Shown here one piece after another: positions 1 to 13,163 of a DNA stretch of 64,000 nt (the stretch's first letter is position 1; each line of letters begins with the position of its first letter). Below the pieces are notes generated by a model that worked only from the letters and a program-made list of their open reading frames with translations, was not told the origin of the DNA and ran no database searches. The position numbers were made by a program, and so were the translations under genes. The stretch spans positions 114,950,001 to 115,014,000 of the forward strand of contig CM059431.1 of the NCBI GenBank assembly GCA_030390025.1, in the 5' to 3' direction. Source of the DNA: Squalus acanthias. Taxonomy: Eukaryota.

Positions 1-115
1 GAGGATGAACCAGACTGTTCGCAACCTTGGTGTCGTATTTGACCCCGAGATGAGCTTCCGACCACATATTTGCGCCAACAGTAAGTCCACCTACTTCCAC
101 CTCCATAACATCGCT
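1..115 (+). mobile_element. L2-clade LINE ORF2 fragment
   Basis: Translates as MNQTVRNLGVVFDPEMSFRPHI...YFHLHNIA, typical of the L2 RT thumb region. Confidence 0.75.
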
Positions 116-712
116 AATGATCTTTCTAGCAGAACCTTATCAAATGCCTTCTGCAAGTCCACATAGCCAACATCCATAGACACTGCACTATCCACCATTC
201 TAGTGAACACTTCAAAAACATTCAACTAGATTAGTCAGCAGTGACCTACCCATCACAAATTCATGCTGACTCTCTTTGATCAATTCATACTTGTCCAAGT
301 TCTCAGTCACTGTCTCTGATGACAGATTCCAGTAACTTCCCCAAAAATGTGCGGGTTAGGTTGATTTGGCTATGATAAATTGACCCTTAGTGTTAGGGGG
401 GGGATTAAATATGTGGGGTTACGGGGATAGGATGGGATATGTTAGGGGGAATTAAATACGTGGGGTTACGGGGATAGGGTGGGATATGTGTCGGTGCAGG
501 CTCGATGGGGATTCTGTGTGGGAAAGCAGGGACAGGGTACTGGATTTGGATGATCAGCCATGATCGTATTGAATGGTGGAGCAGGCTCGATGGGCCGAAT
601 GGCCTACTCCTGCTCCTAGTTTCTATGTTTCTATGTTTCTATGATGTTAAACTGATGGGTTTGTAGCTACCTGGTTTCTCCCTCCCTCCCTTCTTAAATA
701 ATTAGGGACATT
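116..712 (-). mobile_element. Old CR1 ORF2 fragment interrupted by a SINE (pieces ~116-340 and ~643-712)
   Basis: Minus strand gives YVDLQKAFDK and FKKGGREKPGSYKPISLT motifs on either side of the SINE. Confidence 0.7.
341..642 (+). mobile_element. 5'-truncated HE1-like SINE with CR1-derived 3' tail
   Basis: Body nearly identical to 28052-28330; ends in GGCCGAATGGCCTACTCCTGCTCC plus (TTTCTATG)n. Confidence 0.85.
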
Positions 713-717
713 TTCAA

Positions 718-2175
718 AAGTTTATTCTTGGAATATGAGCATCACTAGCAAGGCAGCATTTATTGCCCATCCCTAGTTGCCCTTGAGAAGGTGGTGATGA
801 GCTGCCTTCTTAAACCGCTGCAATCCATGTGGTGAAGGTACTCCCACAGTGCTGTTAGGGAGGGAGTCCCAGGATTTTGACCCAGCTACGATGAAGGAAC
901 GGCAATACATGACCAAGTCAGGATGGTGTGTGACTTGGAGGGGAACCTGGAAGTGATGGTATTCGCATGTGCCTGCTGCCCTTTTCCTTTTAGGTGGTGG
1001 AGGTCGCGGGTTTGGGAGTTGCTTTTGAAGAAGCCTTGGCGAGTTGCTGCCGTGCATCCTGTAGATAGCGTACACTGCAGCCGCTGAATGCTGGTGGTGG
1101 AGGGAGTGGATATTTAAGGTGGTGGATAGGCTGCTGATCAAGCAGACTGCTTTATCCTGGATGATGTTGAGCTTCTTGAGTGTTTTTGCAGCTGCACCTA
1201 TCCAGATAAGTGGAGAGTATTCCATCACACTCCTGACTTGTGCCCTGTAGGTAGTGGAGAGGTTTTGGGTAGTCAAGCGGTGAGCCATTCGCTGCAGAAT
1301 ACCCAGCATCTAACCTGCTCTAGTAACCATAACATTTATGTGGCTGGTCCAATTGAGTTTCTGGTCAGTGGTGACCCCAGGTTACTGATGGTGAACGATT
1401 TGGCGCTGGTGTTTAAATTCTCTCTTGTTGGAGATGGTCATTGCCTGGCAGTTGTGTGGTGTGAATGTTTACTTGCCACTTTTCAGCCTAAGTCTGGATG
1501 TTGTCCAGGTCTTGCTGCATGCAGATATGGACTGCTTCATAATCTTACGAATTGGGAATGGAACTGAACACTGTGCAAACAGCCCCACTTCTGACCTTGT
1601 GGTGTAGGGAAGGACATTGATGAAGGGGATGAAGATAATTGGGCCTAGGTCCTGAGGAACTCCTGCAGCGATGTCGTGGGGCTGCGATGATTGGCCTCCA
1701 ACAACCACAACCATCTTCCTTTGTTCTAGGTATGACTCCAGTCACTGGAGAGCTTTCCCCCTGATCCCCATTGACTTCAGTTTTACTAGGGCTCCTTTGT
1801 GCCACACTTGATCGAATGCGGCACACTTATCGGGTAGATATCAGTGAGCAGGTTATTTGTGAGTAAGTACCGCTTGATAGCACTGTTGTTGACTCCTTCC
1901 ATCACTTTGTTGATGATTGAGAGTAGGTTGTTGAGGCGGTAATTGGCTGGGCTGGATTTGTCCTGTTTTTTGTGGTCAGGACATACCTGAGTAATTTTCC
2001 ACATTGTCGGGTAGATATCAGTGTTGTAGCTGTACTGGAACAGCTTGGCTGGTTCTCGAGCACTGGTCTTCAGCACTACAGCTGGGATGTTGTTGGGATC
2101 CTATGCCTTTGCTGTGTCCAGTGCGTTCAGCCTTTGATATCACATGGAGTGAATGAAATTGGCTGAAGACTGACT
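718..2175 (-). mobile_element. CR1/L2-group LINE (Zenon-like), 5'-truncated and frameshifted
   Basis: ORF pieces 1786-2076 (PTMWKITQVCP..KKQDKSSPANYR), 1469-1714 (AGVPQ..LGP) and 773-1309 (YRAQVRSVMEYSPL..HHHLLKGN). The same 3' end recurs at ~50045 and ~61460. Confidence 0.85.
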
Positions 2176-3865
2176 TTCGCAGTTTTCGAATCCAAAGGCA
2201 TAATTCCTCTAACTAGAGAGCATTGGAAATGATGACTAATGCATCTGCAATTTCTTCACCTAAATTTGAGGGATATCTCCCAGGTGGCAGCAGACAGCTG
2301 ATTTAAGAGATCTGCTGGTACCTCCCTGTTTAAGTGGAGGAAGGGTGCTTAAGCCTCTAAACGAAAGATATTCTTGTAAGCCGATTTACCGTATAATGCA
2401 AGATACAAAGCTGGTGAACCTGAGGTGCAATGAGAAGATGGGCTTGTGCATTAGAAGAGCTTCCCAGATATAGGAACAGAATTCAAGTCTTTGATGGCAC
2501 TGGGCTTGATGTAGAGTTAAGAGCTGAGAAAGAACCATTTGGTGTGAAAGAGGAAACTCGATTCTTGGGGTCAGTTTTAGCAGTGGAGGCGATGTGGGAA
2601 TTCTCTTAGAGATCAGTGACGGTAGTGAGGCCATCAAAGGTAACAAGTGGTGGATGTTGGTTATGCTTGTAAGGAACATGAATTAACAAATGACTGTGAA
2701 ATCACAATAATGTGTTCATCTGAAATTCCTAACCGCTATTTTAGTGGAGGTGTTAAATCATTTAGTGTGCATCTTCTAGTGTTCCATTGAATAATTTCAG
2801 GGCCTGTTTTTTCAGGAATTAAAGAAATCAAGATTTTTGTTGTGCCAATTGGAGAGATGAAGATGTAGTAACAGTTATTGCACTGCGTGAGAAACAGAGA
2901 TTGCGTGTTCTGGTGATGAGGAATCATCAGCAAAACAATGTATAGTGGGTGATGAGTGGAGAAGGTGTTTGTCACGAAGCAAGAACAGAATGGGGAGAGG
3001 ACATGGCCTTGGGGATCTCAGAGTTAATGGAGAAATAGTCAGAGGATGAGCCATCAGCTATACCACAGATGAAGCAATCTGAGAAGACTCTGCAACAAGG
3101 TAATTAGAGTTGAAGAATCTTCCCATGTGGGAAGAAAACAGCCCAAATTAATTATTCAAGATGTCTTTTATTGTGGAAACAGTGAAAGCATTATGGGATT
3201 AATGAAGATATTACAATTGAAATTCCAAACTGCTGTTTCATCTCCAATTTGGTTTGTGCCAGATGTCAAAATGGGTGGTGCAGTAAATTTAAAAAAAATG
3301 TTTCCCCCCCTCACCCCACCACCGAGTGACACCATGGGAAATGAAATAGTAAATGTTTAGAAACTGTGGCCTTATAAGGGAACTTACAGAATCGGCAATA
3401 TGTTTGTTGGTGAATACCTGTGCTATTTTCAACAAATGAAGAAACTCTCAACGATTGCATATTTACATTTTTTTTTAAATAAGTTCTGTACAAATGTCAG
3501 TACATCTGCATTGGATAAATACCACTTCCTGTTCACATATAATTAATTAAAAATGAAAAGAATAACTGTAGAACATATGAGACAATTTCCCAAATGCGTA
3601 AGAGACAGTGTGGCTGAAGTTGGTCTTTGACAGTAGAGCAAAATGGCCGATAATGAATTGGCAGCCAGTTTGACTTCAGTAGCCATTTTTGCGTTACCGC
3701 CTAAGACTGATGTCGCCCCTTAATTTTCCAAATGCGTACTACATGTGGTGGCTCATGCCTGCCATCCATGGATATCAGGAAGCCCTCGATATCCCCACAT
3801 GATAAGTGAGGCTGTTGCAAGATTTCCCCATTCATTATATCAGCTCAATATTTTCAGAATATGTT

Positions 3866-4036
3866 CTTTGAGTATATTCAAGGCTGAGATAGATAGACTT
3901 TTGGACTCTAGGGGAATCAAGTGATATGGAGAGTGGGCGGGAAAGTGGAGTCGAGGTCGCTGATCAGCCACGATCTTATTGAATGGCGGAGCAGGCCCGA
4001 GGGGCTGTATGGCCTACTCCTGCTCCTATTTCTTAG
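3866..4036 (+). mobile_element. CR1 3' tail fragment
   Basis: TTCAAGGCTGAGATAGATAG...GGCCTACTCCTGCTCCTATTTCTT matches the other CR1 3' ends in the window. Confidence 0.8.
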
Positions 4037-4450
4037 AACAGATGCAATTTGCTAAATAACCTGACATTGCGGATGATATTTAGGAAAGACACATTGAATT
4101 TACAGTTTGTTCAATTTAAAATTAGAATGTAGAATTTACTTGTTGGACTGAGAAGGGCTAATTTTCTGGAGGTGAACTCCAAGCCTGGAGCCTCCCTCTC
4201 CATGAGGGAATATGGGGAAATCACAGGCATGTTCTCCATGAAGTTCTGTCCATTCATTTTTTTTAGGAAGGATAATCATGCGGAGTGTGCGCCTGATTCC
4301 CCACTATGCACTCCTGGAGGGTTAGGCTTTGCACCAGGAGCACACATTTGTAAAATTTGCCAAATTAAACGGGGCGGGGGTGGGGTGGGGGCGGTGATTT
4401 TAATCCTCCTCGCTCAGCAGAAACCTGGTGGGTGGGCAGTTAAAATCATC

Positions 4451-4837
4451 CTGGCAAACATTTAAAGAGCTAATTCATAATTCGCAAGGAATATGCATTC
4501 CCTTAAGGAATAAAAACACCACGAGAAAAATAGTCCACCTGTGGCTAACGAGAAATTAAAGATCGTATTAGATGAAAGGAAGAGGTCTATAATGTTGCCA
4601 AAAAGAGTAGTAAGCCTAAGGATTGGGAGGATTTTAGAATTCAGCAAAGGAGGACCAAGAAATTGATAAAGAAACGGAAAAAAAATATGAGAGTAAACGA
4701 GCGAGAGACATAAAAACAGACTGTATAAACTTCTATAGATATGTAAAAAGGAAAAGATGGGTCCCTTACAGGCTGAGACAGGAGAAATTATAATGGGGAA
4801 TTAGGAATTGGCAGAGAAATTAAACAAATGCTTTGGT
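4451..4837 (+). mobile_element. CR1 ORF2 internal fragment upstream of the RT domain
   Basis: Degenerate CR1 tether region ending in AEKLNKCFG (first half of the LNxYFxSVFT motif). Confidence 0.8.
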
Positions 4838-5373
4838 AACGATTTTGCCGGCGCTCAGAGGGCGGGTTTGGTGGCGGGTCCGGAGTTAAAATCAAAATGA
4901 TTGACGGTGGGTTGCGAACCCGCCGCCATCCCACCTCCATGCAACTTTACAAAGTGTTGGGTCTGCGAGTTCCAATCCGACCCGACACCAAGCGGTGGGA
5001 GAGCCACTTAAGGCAGGTAACAGCTTGTTAACTGCCTGGATAATCCTATTTTGAGAGGCTCTTCCCATTTTGCAACATTTTCAGCGTGTTCCACGTCGTG
5101 CGACAAACACGCCAACTGATTGTGCCGGGTTCAACAACTAGCTGAATAGTTGACAGCTGCACCTATAGCATAAAAGCTGACCTGCAACATGAGTTCACTT
5201 TCAGATACCGAACTTTCTGTTTTGAGGTTTTGGAACACATTTTGCAGATCTATTGAGCTTGTAAGTATTTAATCTGAGAACCATATGCACTGTGACCTCC
5301 TTGGAGTACCCTCTCCCCACATTGACTGAACGCTTATAACATCTCTTTCTCAACTGAAATATATACCAGCAGA

Positions 5374-6582
5374 ATGGGAACCATTTATACCCTCTCATCC
5401 TGGTCCTCAGAATCGGAGGAAGAGCAGCCGTGGCAGCAGCAGAACCAGGCACAACAGCAGCACCGACAACAAGAGCGCCAACCTTCTCCTCAGCCACCTG
5501 ATGCTGCACCGCGCCACAGGAGATACCCCCAACACAGGGTTTACAGGCCGAGGATGAGCTTCCTCAACATGAGTGAGCAGCAGTGCCAAAGGAGACTGAG
5601 ACTATCGCGAGAGGTAGTCGCTGACATCTGCACAATGCTGCACCAAGACCTGGAGCCCAGAGGAGCGGGTGGACACTCCTTACCAGTGGCTGTCAAAGTC
5701 ACCACCACACTCAACTTCTTTGCTTCAGGGTCCTTCCAGGGATCAGCAGCAGACATCAGCAGCATTTCCCAGTCGGCCGCACATAGTTGCATCATGCAGG
5801 TTACCGATGCCCTCTTTGCCAAGTCGCACAATTACATTCACTTCTCCACGGATGAAGCAAGTGTTACCGCGCGTGCGGTTGGCTTTGCAAATATGGCAGG
5901 CTTCCCAAGGGTGCAGGTCGTTGTAGACTGCACACATGTGGCCATTGGGGCACCCCATCACAACCCAGCTGTGAACCACAAGGGCTTCCACTCCCTTAAC
6001 ATCCAGCTGGTGTGTAACCACAGGAAGAACATTATGCGTGTTTGCGCCAAGTTCCCTGCCAGCTGCCATGACTCATTCATCCTGCGGCAGTCTACTGTGC
6101 CTCAGCTCTTCAATCCGCCAACCCAACTTTCCGGATGGCTCCTTGGAGACAAGGGCTATCTTCTGAAGATGTGGCTAATGACATCGATGAGGAGGCCATC
6201 AAACGAAGCTGAGGAGCGCTGCAATGACAGCCACATTTCCACCAGAATCTTCATAGAGCAAACCATCGGCTTGCTCAAAATGCGCTTCAGATGCCTCAAA
6301 AGATCTGGTGGAGCCCTACAGTACGCACCAGCCAGGGTGTCCAGAATCATCGTGGTCTGCTGTGCCCTGCACAACATCGTACAGCAGCATGGCTTACCGC
6401 TGCCTGAGGAACAAGTGGCTCAGCGCAGAGCTTCCTCCTCCTCCTCCTTAGAGGAGGAGGAGCCGAATGAGGCGGCAGATAAGGAAGACCTTGCGGAGGC
6501 GGCTGTGCCAGCGCCACCATCACGTGAGCACATTGCTGGCTGTGAGGCAAGAGATACACTAATCCATACCAGATTTGTGTAA
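5374..6582 (+). CDS. Harbinger (HARBI1-like) DDE transposase, 402 aa, open frame
   Basis: Motifs [16 protein letters not shown] (D1), [25 protein letters not shown] (D2), [18 protein letters not shown] (E), CCALHN; single intronless ORF inside the element. Confidence 0.9.
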   Translation: MGTIYTLSSWSSESEEEQPWQQQNQAQQQHRQQERQPSPQPPDAAPRHRRYPQHRVYRPRMSFLNMSEQQCQRRLRLSREVVADICTMLHQDLEPRGAGGHSLPVAVKVTTTLNFFASGSFQGSAADISSISQSAAHSCIMQVTDALFAKSHNYIHFSTDEASVTARAVGFANMAGFPRVQVVVDCTHVAIGAPHHNPAVNHKGFHSLNIQLVCNHRKNIMRVCAKFPASCHDSFILRQSTVPQLFNPPTQLSGWLLGDKGYLLKMWLMTSMRRPSNEAEERCNDSHISTRIFIEQTIGLLKMRFRCLKRSGGALQYAPARVSRIIVVCCALHNIVQQHGLPLPEEQVAQRRASSSSSLEEEEPNEAADKEDLAEAAVPAPPSREHIAGCEARDTLIHTRFV

Positions 6583-6868
6583 CTTTACGCAGCAAACACA
6601 TGTGGCTGCCACATGGAAATGAATGTTTGCACGACCTTCTTAACACACCATACAGCATCTGTACAATAAACTGTGGTTTCCTATCACTCTTCCGACCATC
6701 ACTACAGATGAAAGATGCCCTGACCCCTCACTGTGCAACTTCCATTTCTGAGCACACATAGGCCAACTCTTTGAATCTTTGACATTGCATTTCTTTAATA
6801 CAATTGAAATAACGATGACAAACGTAACTTTGTATGATATCAAAACACCCAAGTGACTACCCTTGTGA

Positions 6869-7665
6869 CTATTTGTGTGTTAACTTTCTCTTACGCGTGC
6901 TTCTACATGGTGCTTCCCCTGTGGCTTCAGCAGATGTAGAGGCACCTTGCTCACTTCTTGGTTTGGGAACCTGTGAGGGCTCGGCAACAGTCTGCTTCTC
7001 CTGCGGCTGTGTAGGGGCTGAGACGGCCATCTCAGTTGGGTGAGGAAGCTGGGGCTCTGACCGAGGGCTCCGCAGTGGCATGGGAGTGTGAGCGCTTGGA
7101 GAGGAGCCCTTGTTATCGACCACCAACACCCCTCTTATGGGTCACCCGCACTTCACTGCTAGCAAGTGACTGGAGAGCACCTTGCTGCACATCAGTGGGG
7201 CCATGAGGACCCATCTCTGTACTGACAGTCCTGTGTGTTGTTAGTTGTTGTCATTGCATAACAGTGATAGCGAGTGTGAGGGGTGCATAGTAGAATGGTG
7301 AAGTGATTCTGTACATAGAGAGAGAGGGATGGTTAAGGGTGCAAGTGATGTAAGGGTAAATTGGGATGTGCAGGAGTAGATTGACAATGCAGAGTGCTGG
7401 TGATGAGAGGAGATGGGGAGCAGATTGAAGGTAAGTGTGATGTTATACTCACTTTTGCTGAGCGTAGCAGATCATTGAACCTTTTGCGGCACTGAACCCA
7501 GGTGCGAACACACCAAGACCTGGCGCGAACCTCCTCAGCAATATGCAGCCAGGCACCTTGGTTTGCTGAGGAGGCTTCCTCCGTCCATTGGAGAGGAACA
7601 GAACCTCCTTGTGCCCTCTTACTCCCTCCACAAGAGCATTGAGGGAGTCATCATCAAAGCAGGGA
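6869..7665 (-). pseudogene. Harbinger Myb/SANT-like (MSANTD-type) partner gene, disrupted
   Basis: Minus strand PCFDDDSLNALVEGVRGHKEVLF..., then after a 1-nt frameshift AWLHIAEEV...RTWVQCRKRFNDLLRSAK followed by a GTGAGT donor (~7447-7452). Basic C-terminal piece RSTRKRKLTHK at 6869-7129. Confidence 0.8.
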
Positions 7666-7829
7666 GAAGCGGAGTTAAAATCGGGGCCAAATTGTACAGG
7701 ACATATTTATGAAAATCTTTTGGAATCAGGTTTTGAAGTGGGAATTTATATGAGAGATGGAAGCAGTAGTTATTAATACTGATACAGTATTAAGCAACGA
7801 TTGTAGAGTGTAAGTGAACATTTTGCATG

Positions 7830-8460
7830 TACAACAACAACTTACAATTATATAGCACCTTTAATATAGAAAATGTCCCAAGGAACCTCATAGAGGAGAA
7901 ATGGATGCAGAGCAATAGGGGAAAATGACTGAAGATACATTTTAAGGAGGCTTTGAAAGGTGGGGCGAGAAGTAAGGAGATGGAAGGGTTTAGGAAAGGA
8001 GTTCCAGACAGTAGTGCTGAGATGATTAAAGGCTGGTGCAGCAGAGGAAGGGCAGAAGGTCAAAGTCGGAGGCTGGGACTTAGGTGTGCACGAGGTTTCA
8101 AAGGAAATGGTGGGATGGGGCCACGGACAGGTTTTGTAAATGCCGATGAGGATTTTGAATTGAATGCGCTGGGGGATCGGGAATCAATGGAGGTTGGCGA
8201 GTATGAGGTTGATGGGCAAGCGGGACTTAATGCAGGATAGCATTTGGATGGGAGTTTGTTTAGGGTGGAGCTCAGGAGGCCAACTTACTGTGTTGGAAAT
8301 GCTGAATCTGGAGGTAAAAAAAACATACATAAGGTTTTAACTGCAGTGAAATAAGTAAGGGCAGAGGCGGGTAATCTTGTGGCAGTGGAGTTAAGTATTC
8401 AGTTTTTAGGTTTTTAAGGTAGATTTTTTGAGTCCTTGCTCGTGGTGAATGTCACGTTCT
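7830..8460 (-). mobile_element. L2 LINE 3' fragment
   Basis: CAACAACAACTT..TATATAGCACCTTT tail and degenerate AFNHL..VWNSFP C-terminal motif. Confidence 0.7.
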
Positions 8461-8499
8461 GCAATTTCTATTGATTTTTGCAACAGAAGGATCTGGATA

Positions 8500-9146
8500 T
8501 GATATATGTCGAAGTGTTACTTGTGGATTAAATTAGCTCTCCAAGGGTTTAAAACCCTCACTGCATCCAAAAGCTGAGAGGGAGGGGGAGTGAGGAGGAG
8601 ATGTGTATTCAGCCCAAGGCAGACTGTGAAATATTGCCTGTCTCCAGCTGAGACAATGGAAAGCCATTAACACCTTCCTGTGAACCATCCAGACACGTTG
8701 CGGATGAACATGTTCATTTTGAGAGCAGCCGCGGATAGTTTCTAGGGAATTCCACCCAGACGGGAGCTGGTTTCATCAGCATCTCAACCTGTCAACCCCT
8801 GGGATTGGAGTCAGTGGTCACAATGCCAATTTCCTGTCCAACGAGGAGACAAAGGGGACAGGAAAACACGTGTTCTCGGTAAGTTCTAGAAAGTTTACTT
8901 AGGGAGACAGGTAGGAGGTCAGTATACGTTAAGAAAAGAGCTGCTTCGGCCCAGAGCAAGGCTAGGCCTAATACAGAGAACAGGCTGACCAGAAAAAAGT
9001 TACGTTAGCCTGTTAACAGGAATGGTATGCTTTGTTATTTTATATGTTATGGGGAGCATAAAGGAAGAGCATAAAAATTTTGGATTTACTACTCTGTTCA
9101 ATCACGTCATCTTTCTTTGAACCTCGCCTCACCAGAGTGTTCATCA
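8500..9146 (+). mobile_element. Possible old solo LTR
   Basis: ~650 bp block distinct from the flanking L2 pieces, with an LTR-like 3' end (A-rich signal, pyrimidine tract, terminal CA). No clean TSD found. Confidence 0.3.
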
Positions 9147-9279
9147 GTTAGTTGATTTTTTTCCCCCATCATTAATCTCTAATTTAAATATACCTGTCCA
9201 AATATGGACAGGAAATGTGGCAGCAAACACCAGAGCTGTAGAATGGCTCAGTGGCTCATCTCCCCTCTCCCCCATCTGC

Positions 9280-9620
9280 CTCGTTACAGTCAGGGAGTCT
9301 AGGGTCCTGGTGAAGAGGTAAAATAGGGTATCATCAGTGTAGACATGGAAATGGAGGCTCAGTTTATCACTGAGGGGCAATATGTAAATGAGGAAAAAGA
9401 TGGGGCCAAGAATGGAACCTGGTAGTATTGTACCAGGTGCATTGCTATACAAGGGGAGACACCATTGCTGGCAATATGCTGATCACGTTAGGACAAGTAG
9501 GAGTGGGATCACGTGAGGGCCATCTTGCAGAGGTGGATCATAGAGAAGTGAAGGAGGGTGCAGTGGTTGATCATGTTGAACATAGAGGACTAGATGTGCC
9601 AAAACAAACAATAATGTAGC
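9280..9620 (-). mobile_element. L2 RT fragment
   Basis: GSILGPIFFLIYILPL...FHVYTDDTLFY (degenerate YADD). Confidence 0.75.
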
Positions 9621-9629
9621 TTAGCTGAG

Positions 9630-10790
9630 TATGTAGGAACATAAACACTTTTAGAGACAGGAAATTACCATTAAACCCTGAAAGCCTGTCCCTTTTCTGA
9701 CATTTTATTTGCATTTACCCACCTTCTCATCCTATCCCTCAAGCCTTCTCCTCCAGGCAGATGTACAAATGTTTCTTGAATCCATTTATGCTTCAATTGC
9801 TTTTCTTATTGTATAAGTCTTTTATCCTTTACATGAACATGTTCCAGTGACTTTCCTTTTTATTCCTAAATTCCTAATTTTTAATTAGTGTCCCCTGATA
9901 CCTGAACCCTTCACCATGGTTAATAATTTACCTGAATCAGTTTAGTCAATTCCCTCCATAATCATGAAAACTTCAGCTCGATAACCTTGAAGTTTTCTCT
10001 TTTCCAAACAACACAATGCCAGCTTCCGTTCGTTTTCCTCATAATTTAAATTCCCGATTCCTGGGATTATTTTCATTTCTTTGCTATGTACCCTCTCAAG
10101 GACAATAACATTCTTTCTATGATTACACGACCAGGACTGAACACAGTATTCCAGGTGGAATCTGTCAATTAAACCTCCTTAGATTTAAGCAGTATTCCTC
10201 TGCTAATCCAACCAGTCCTGTCTTTTCACTTTTATTGTATAGCTTTTCCTTCTAATCAGCATACTGTATCACTCTTCCATTTAATGCATACTCTCTCGCT
10301 GGTTCCTTGCTGCTGTACTAATTTATTTACAATTATTCACATTGTATTGCACTTACTACTGATTTGCCAAGCTTTCTGAGAATCCAAGACCCTAAAATCA
10401 TAATATAGGACACCTAATGTAACGTGCTTTTCTTAAATTCCCTTCTCCACTATTTTAGTGGAGGCATTAGCTCACTTAGTTAAAATGGGTTACTGTTTCT
10501 ACTAAAATAGTGAGGGAATTTAGGTGAACAAATTTAGCCATTATGCTCGTATCACACCGTGTAAATTCAGAGCTCAAGTGTATAATATTAAACTGCATTT
10601 CTATGTTTACCATGCCAGTAATGTCTGTGAAAAATTCCAGAAGGAGATCCCATTCCAGAAGGACATCCCATTCCTGAATCCATGCTGACTGTTCTTTAAC
10701 GACATGTGCTTTTCCCAGTGGTCATCCACCAGATCTGTCAAAATGCTTTACAAATTCCAGTCTGCCATAGATAACTTCTCAGGTACATTG
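9630..10790 (-). mobile_element. Heavily decayed CR1 fragments
   Basis: CR1-like tail at the left end, GACTGAACACAGTATTCCAG (LEYCVQ) and TCCATGCTGACT (SQHG) on the minus strand. Confidence 0.55.
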
Positions 10791-11596
10791 GCGCCGGTCG
10801 CTCTTGTTAGCGGTTTGTGCGTATTACTTTTATGGGAGTTGACACACTGCCCTATATCTCCTTGTATGATAGCATAACGTAGGGATGTAACAATAGGCTC
10901 CCCTTATGATCTGGACTGGATAATCATGTCTTTCAATTTATGTATTTCTTCAATCTCTCTGAATGTGGACCATTTGGTGGGATGAGACGTGATGTGACTG
11001 TTAAGCTGCTTTATTTCTCATCAGATGAACATACAGAACTACCGTTGTAATCAGATTCACTTATTTCCATCAATACAACTTACAATAACATAAAAATAAT
11101 AAATATGCCATGCTACCCCACTTCAGTGTTATTTTGCTTGACTTGAAACTAATTTTCTAACTCCTCCCTGCTGTGTTCCATCCATCTTGCTGCCTGACTC
11201 TCTCGAGCTTTAGATTCTCTGACTTCAGTGTCACATTTTAGCCAAACTTTTGAAATGACTGGTGTCAGGTGTTTAAATGAATAGAGTTGTCACTGCAGCA
11301 ATAACAATCACTGGAATGTCAAACTATCTTGCATTGTCTCCAGCACATTGGTTCAAATGCTTCATCTGAAATGTAATCTTTACTTGCAAGCTCTGCTGTG
11401 CAATGTCACGAGAGAGCCAATGATATTTTATTAAAATTTTAACACCTATGTGCACTTCCGGTCTAAAAATCATGACTTCCTGTTGTCACATTTTTTGTCT
11501 CACTTTTGTGTCATCTTTTCACGTTATAAAAAACCTACATCCACATTTATATTGGAATGTGCCTAAGTAAACTTATCACCTAGTAATTGTATTATC

Positions 11597-11615
11597 TGAC
11601 CACTAGGTGGCAGTG
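11597..11615 (+). promoter_or_regulatory. CTCF core motif
   Basis: TGACCACTAGGTGGCAGTG matches the CCASYAGRKGGCRS consensus in non-repeat DNA. Confidence 0.6.
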
Positions 11616-12531
11616 TATCATCTTTTCTTCCATAATTGCTCAAAATACTTTCTGAAAACTTTTCATCACGCTGGGCTTGGATATAATATTTGTGCCCAGA
11701 GCCGTGAAGCTGTGAGCTGAACTTGGATCGTACAGTTTGAGCATATGCAGGGTACCTAATTTCCCAGAACCAGTTCTGTACAGCCAGCTATACTGATGGA
11801 ATACTTTACTGCAGCTTCTAGCAGTATTTGCTCAGTTGTTCAAAAATTATTTGAAGAGAAACTAGAGGACAATATCAAAACCATTATTCGTGTAAAGGAT
11901 ATATTGTGTATTTCATAACAGAGAGAATGATCTTTTTAAAACAGAGGCTGAGCATGTGTATGAGATAAAGCAAATGGACAGAACACTGAGTACACGCTTG
12001 TTGTAGCTTTTGGTTTGTGTTCCATAACCTTCATAAAGCACATTAAACTAAGAGAGACAGTTCATTTAAAAAAACGAATATTGAAGCAAACAGTTTCTAA
12101 TTATTTCTGTTTATCATCTGTTATGGTGGTAGATAGAACATCTCTATTTACCAATTGCTTTTCATCTGGGTTTTGTTGATAATTAGGAAATGTAACCATT
12201 CTAAATTTTTATTAGCTGTCAGGAACAGAGAAACAGAGAGAAAGAGAGATACACAGAGTGACTTACCTCATCTTATTTTGAATTTTTGAAACATTGAAAG
12301 ACGAATGAGTTGAATTTAGAAGGCTGTTATTATCACTTGTGTCTTGCTGATAGTCCGTAATTAGAATGTGCACAAACTCTTATAGCAGTATGACAAAGAG
12401 AAAGAGAGAGATCAGGAGAGAGACATGTTCAGGGATTAATCAACAAATTCAATGTTTACAGAGATCCCTTAGAAAATGACAAATCAGTGTTGCCAGATGT
12501 GGGAACCCCGATCTAGTGTTGTCAGACATCA

Positions 12532-13163
12532 GGGGCAGAATTTTCATTGACCTGTGGAGGTGGGTTTGGAGGCGTGTGGGGGGTTAAAATTGTGAAAACT
12601 GGCGGGTGGGCACAAGCCCGCCTCCATGCAATTTTCATTAAATCGTGTCTGCTGGTCCCGACTCCGTCCCGCTTCTAAGAGGCGGGATAGGCTGTTAAGG
12701 CCCTTAACAAGCATTAAATTGCCTCTATAATGCCATTTTGAAAGGCCTTTGTGATTTTAACCTTTTTTCTACGTGAAGCACGCCTGTTCTGAACCACAAA
12801 TGTGAAACCTGGCGGGAGCACATTTGGATAGCTGACTATCAGCTGCCGGTCCACTATTACAACGGAGATGTGGTGGTGGCGGCGGCGGCGGTGGTGGTAT
12901 AGGTATATCTGGGAGCAGACTTAGGGCTGCTGCTGCTCATTTTGCCTCCAGGTCCTCTCACAGCAAAGGCCAGGCAGTCGTTGCAGACCTTCAATGCAGC
13001 AGCAATGATGACATCATCAGAGGCGACTTTTAGACTGAAAACACGAATTGGGTCATGGGTTCCCACATGCTGGAACTCAATTGCCCAATTAGGTGAAAAT
13101 CGCATCAATCTCCCACATCCAATTGCACGACCCCAGCCCGCCCCAGTATCAAAATCCAGCCCC
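12532..13163. mobile_element. Non-autonomous Harbinger derivative (MITE)
   Basis: Ends GGGGCAGAATTTT / AAAATCCAGCCCC; the left ~250 bp resembles the left end of the 4835 Harbinger. Confidence 0.7.

Larger units (their letters stand above)
4835..7688 (+). mobile_element. PIF/Harbinger DNA transposon with transposase and convergent Myb/SANT-like gene
   Basis: Left end GGTAACGATTTTGCC and right end GTTAAAATCGGGGCC form imperfect TIRs. Two convergent genes, the established Harbinger organisation. Confidence 0.88.

Noticed and set aside
5374..6582. Host HARBI1 gene
   Set aside because: Intronless, bounded by TIR-like ends, paired with a SANT gene and has decayed relatives in the same window, so it is a transposon copy.
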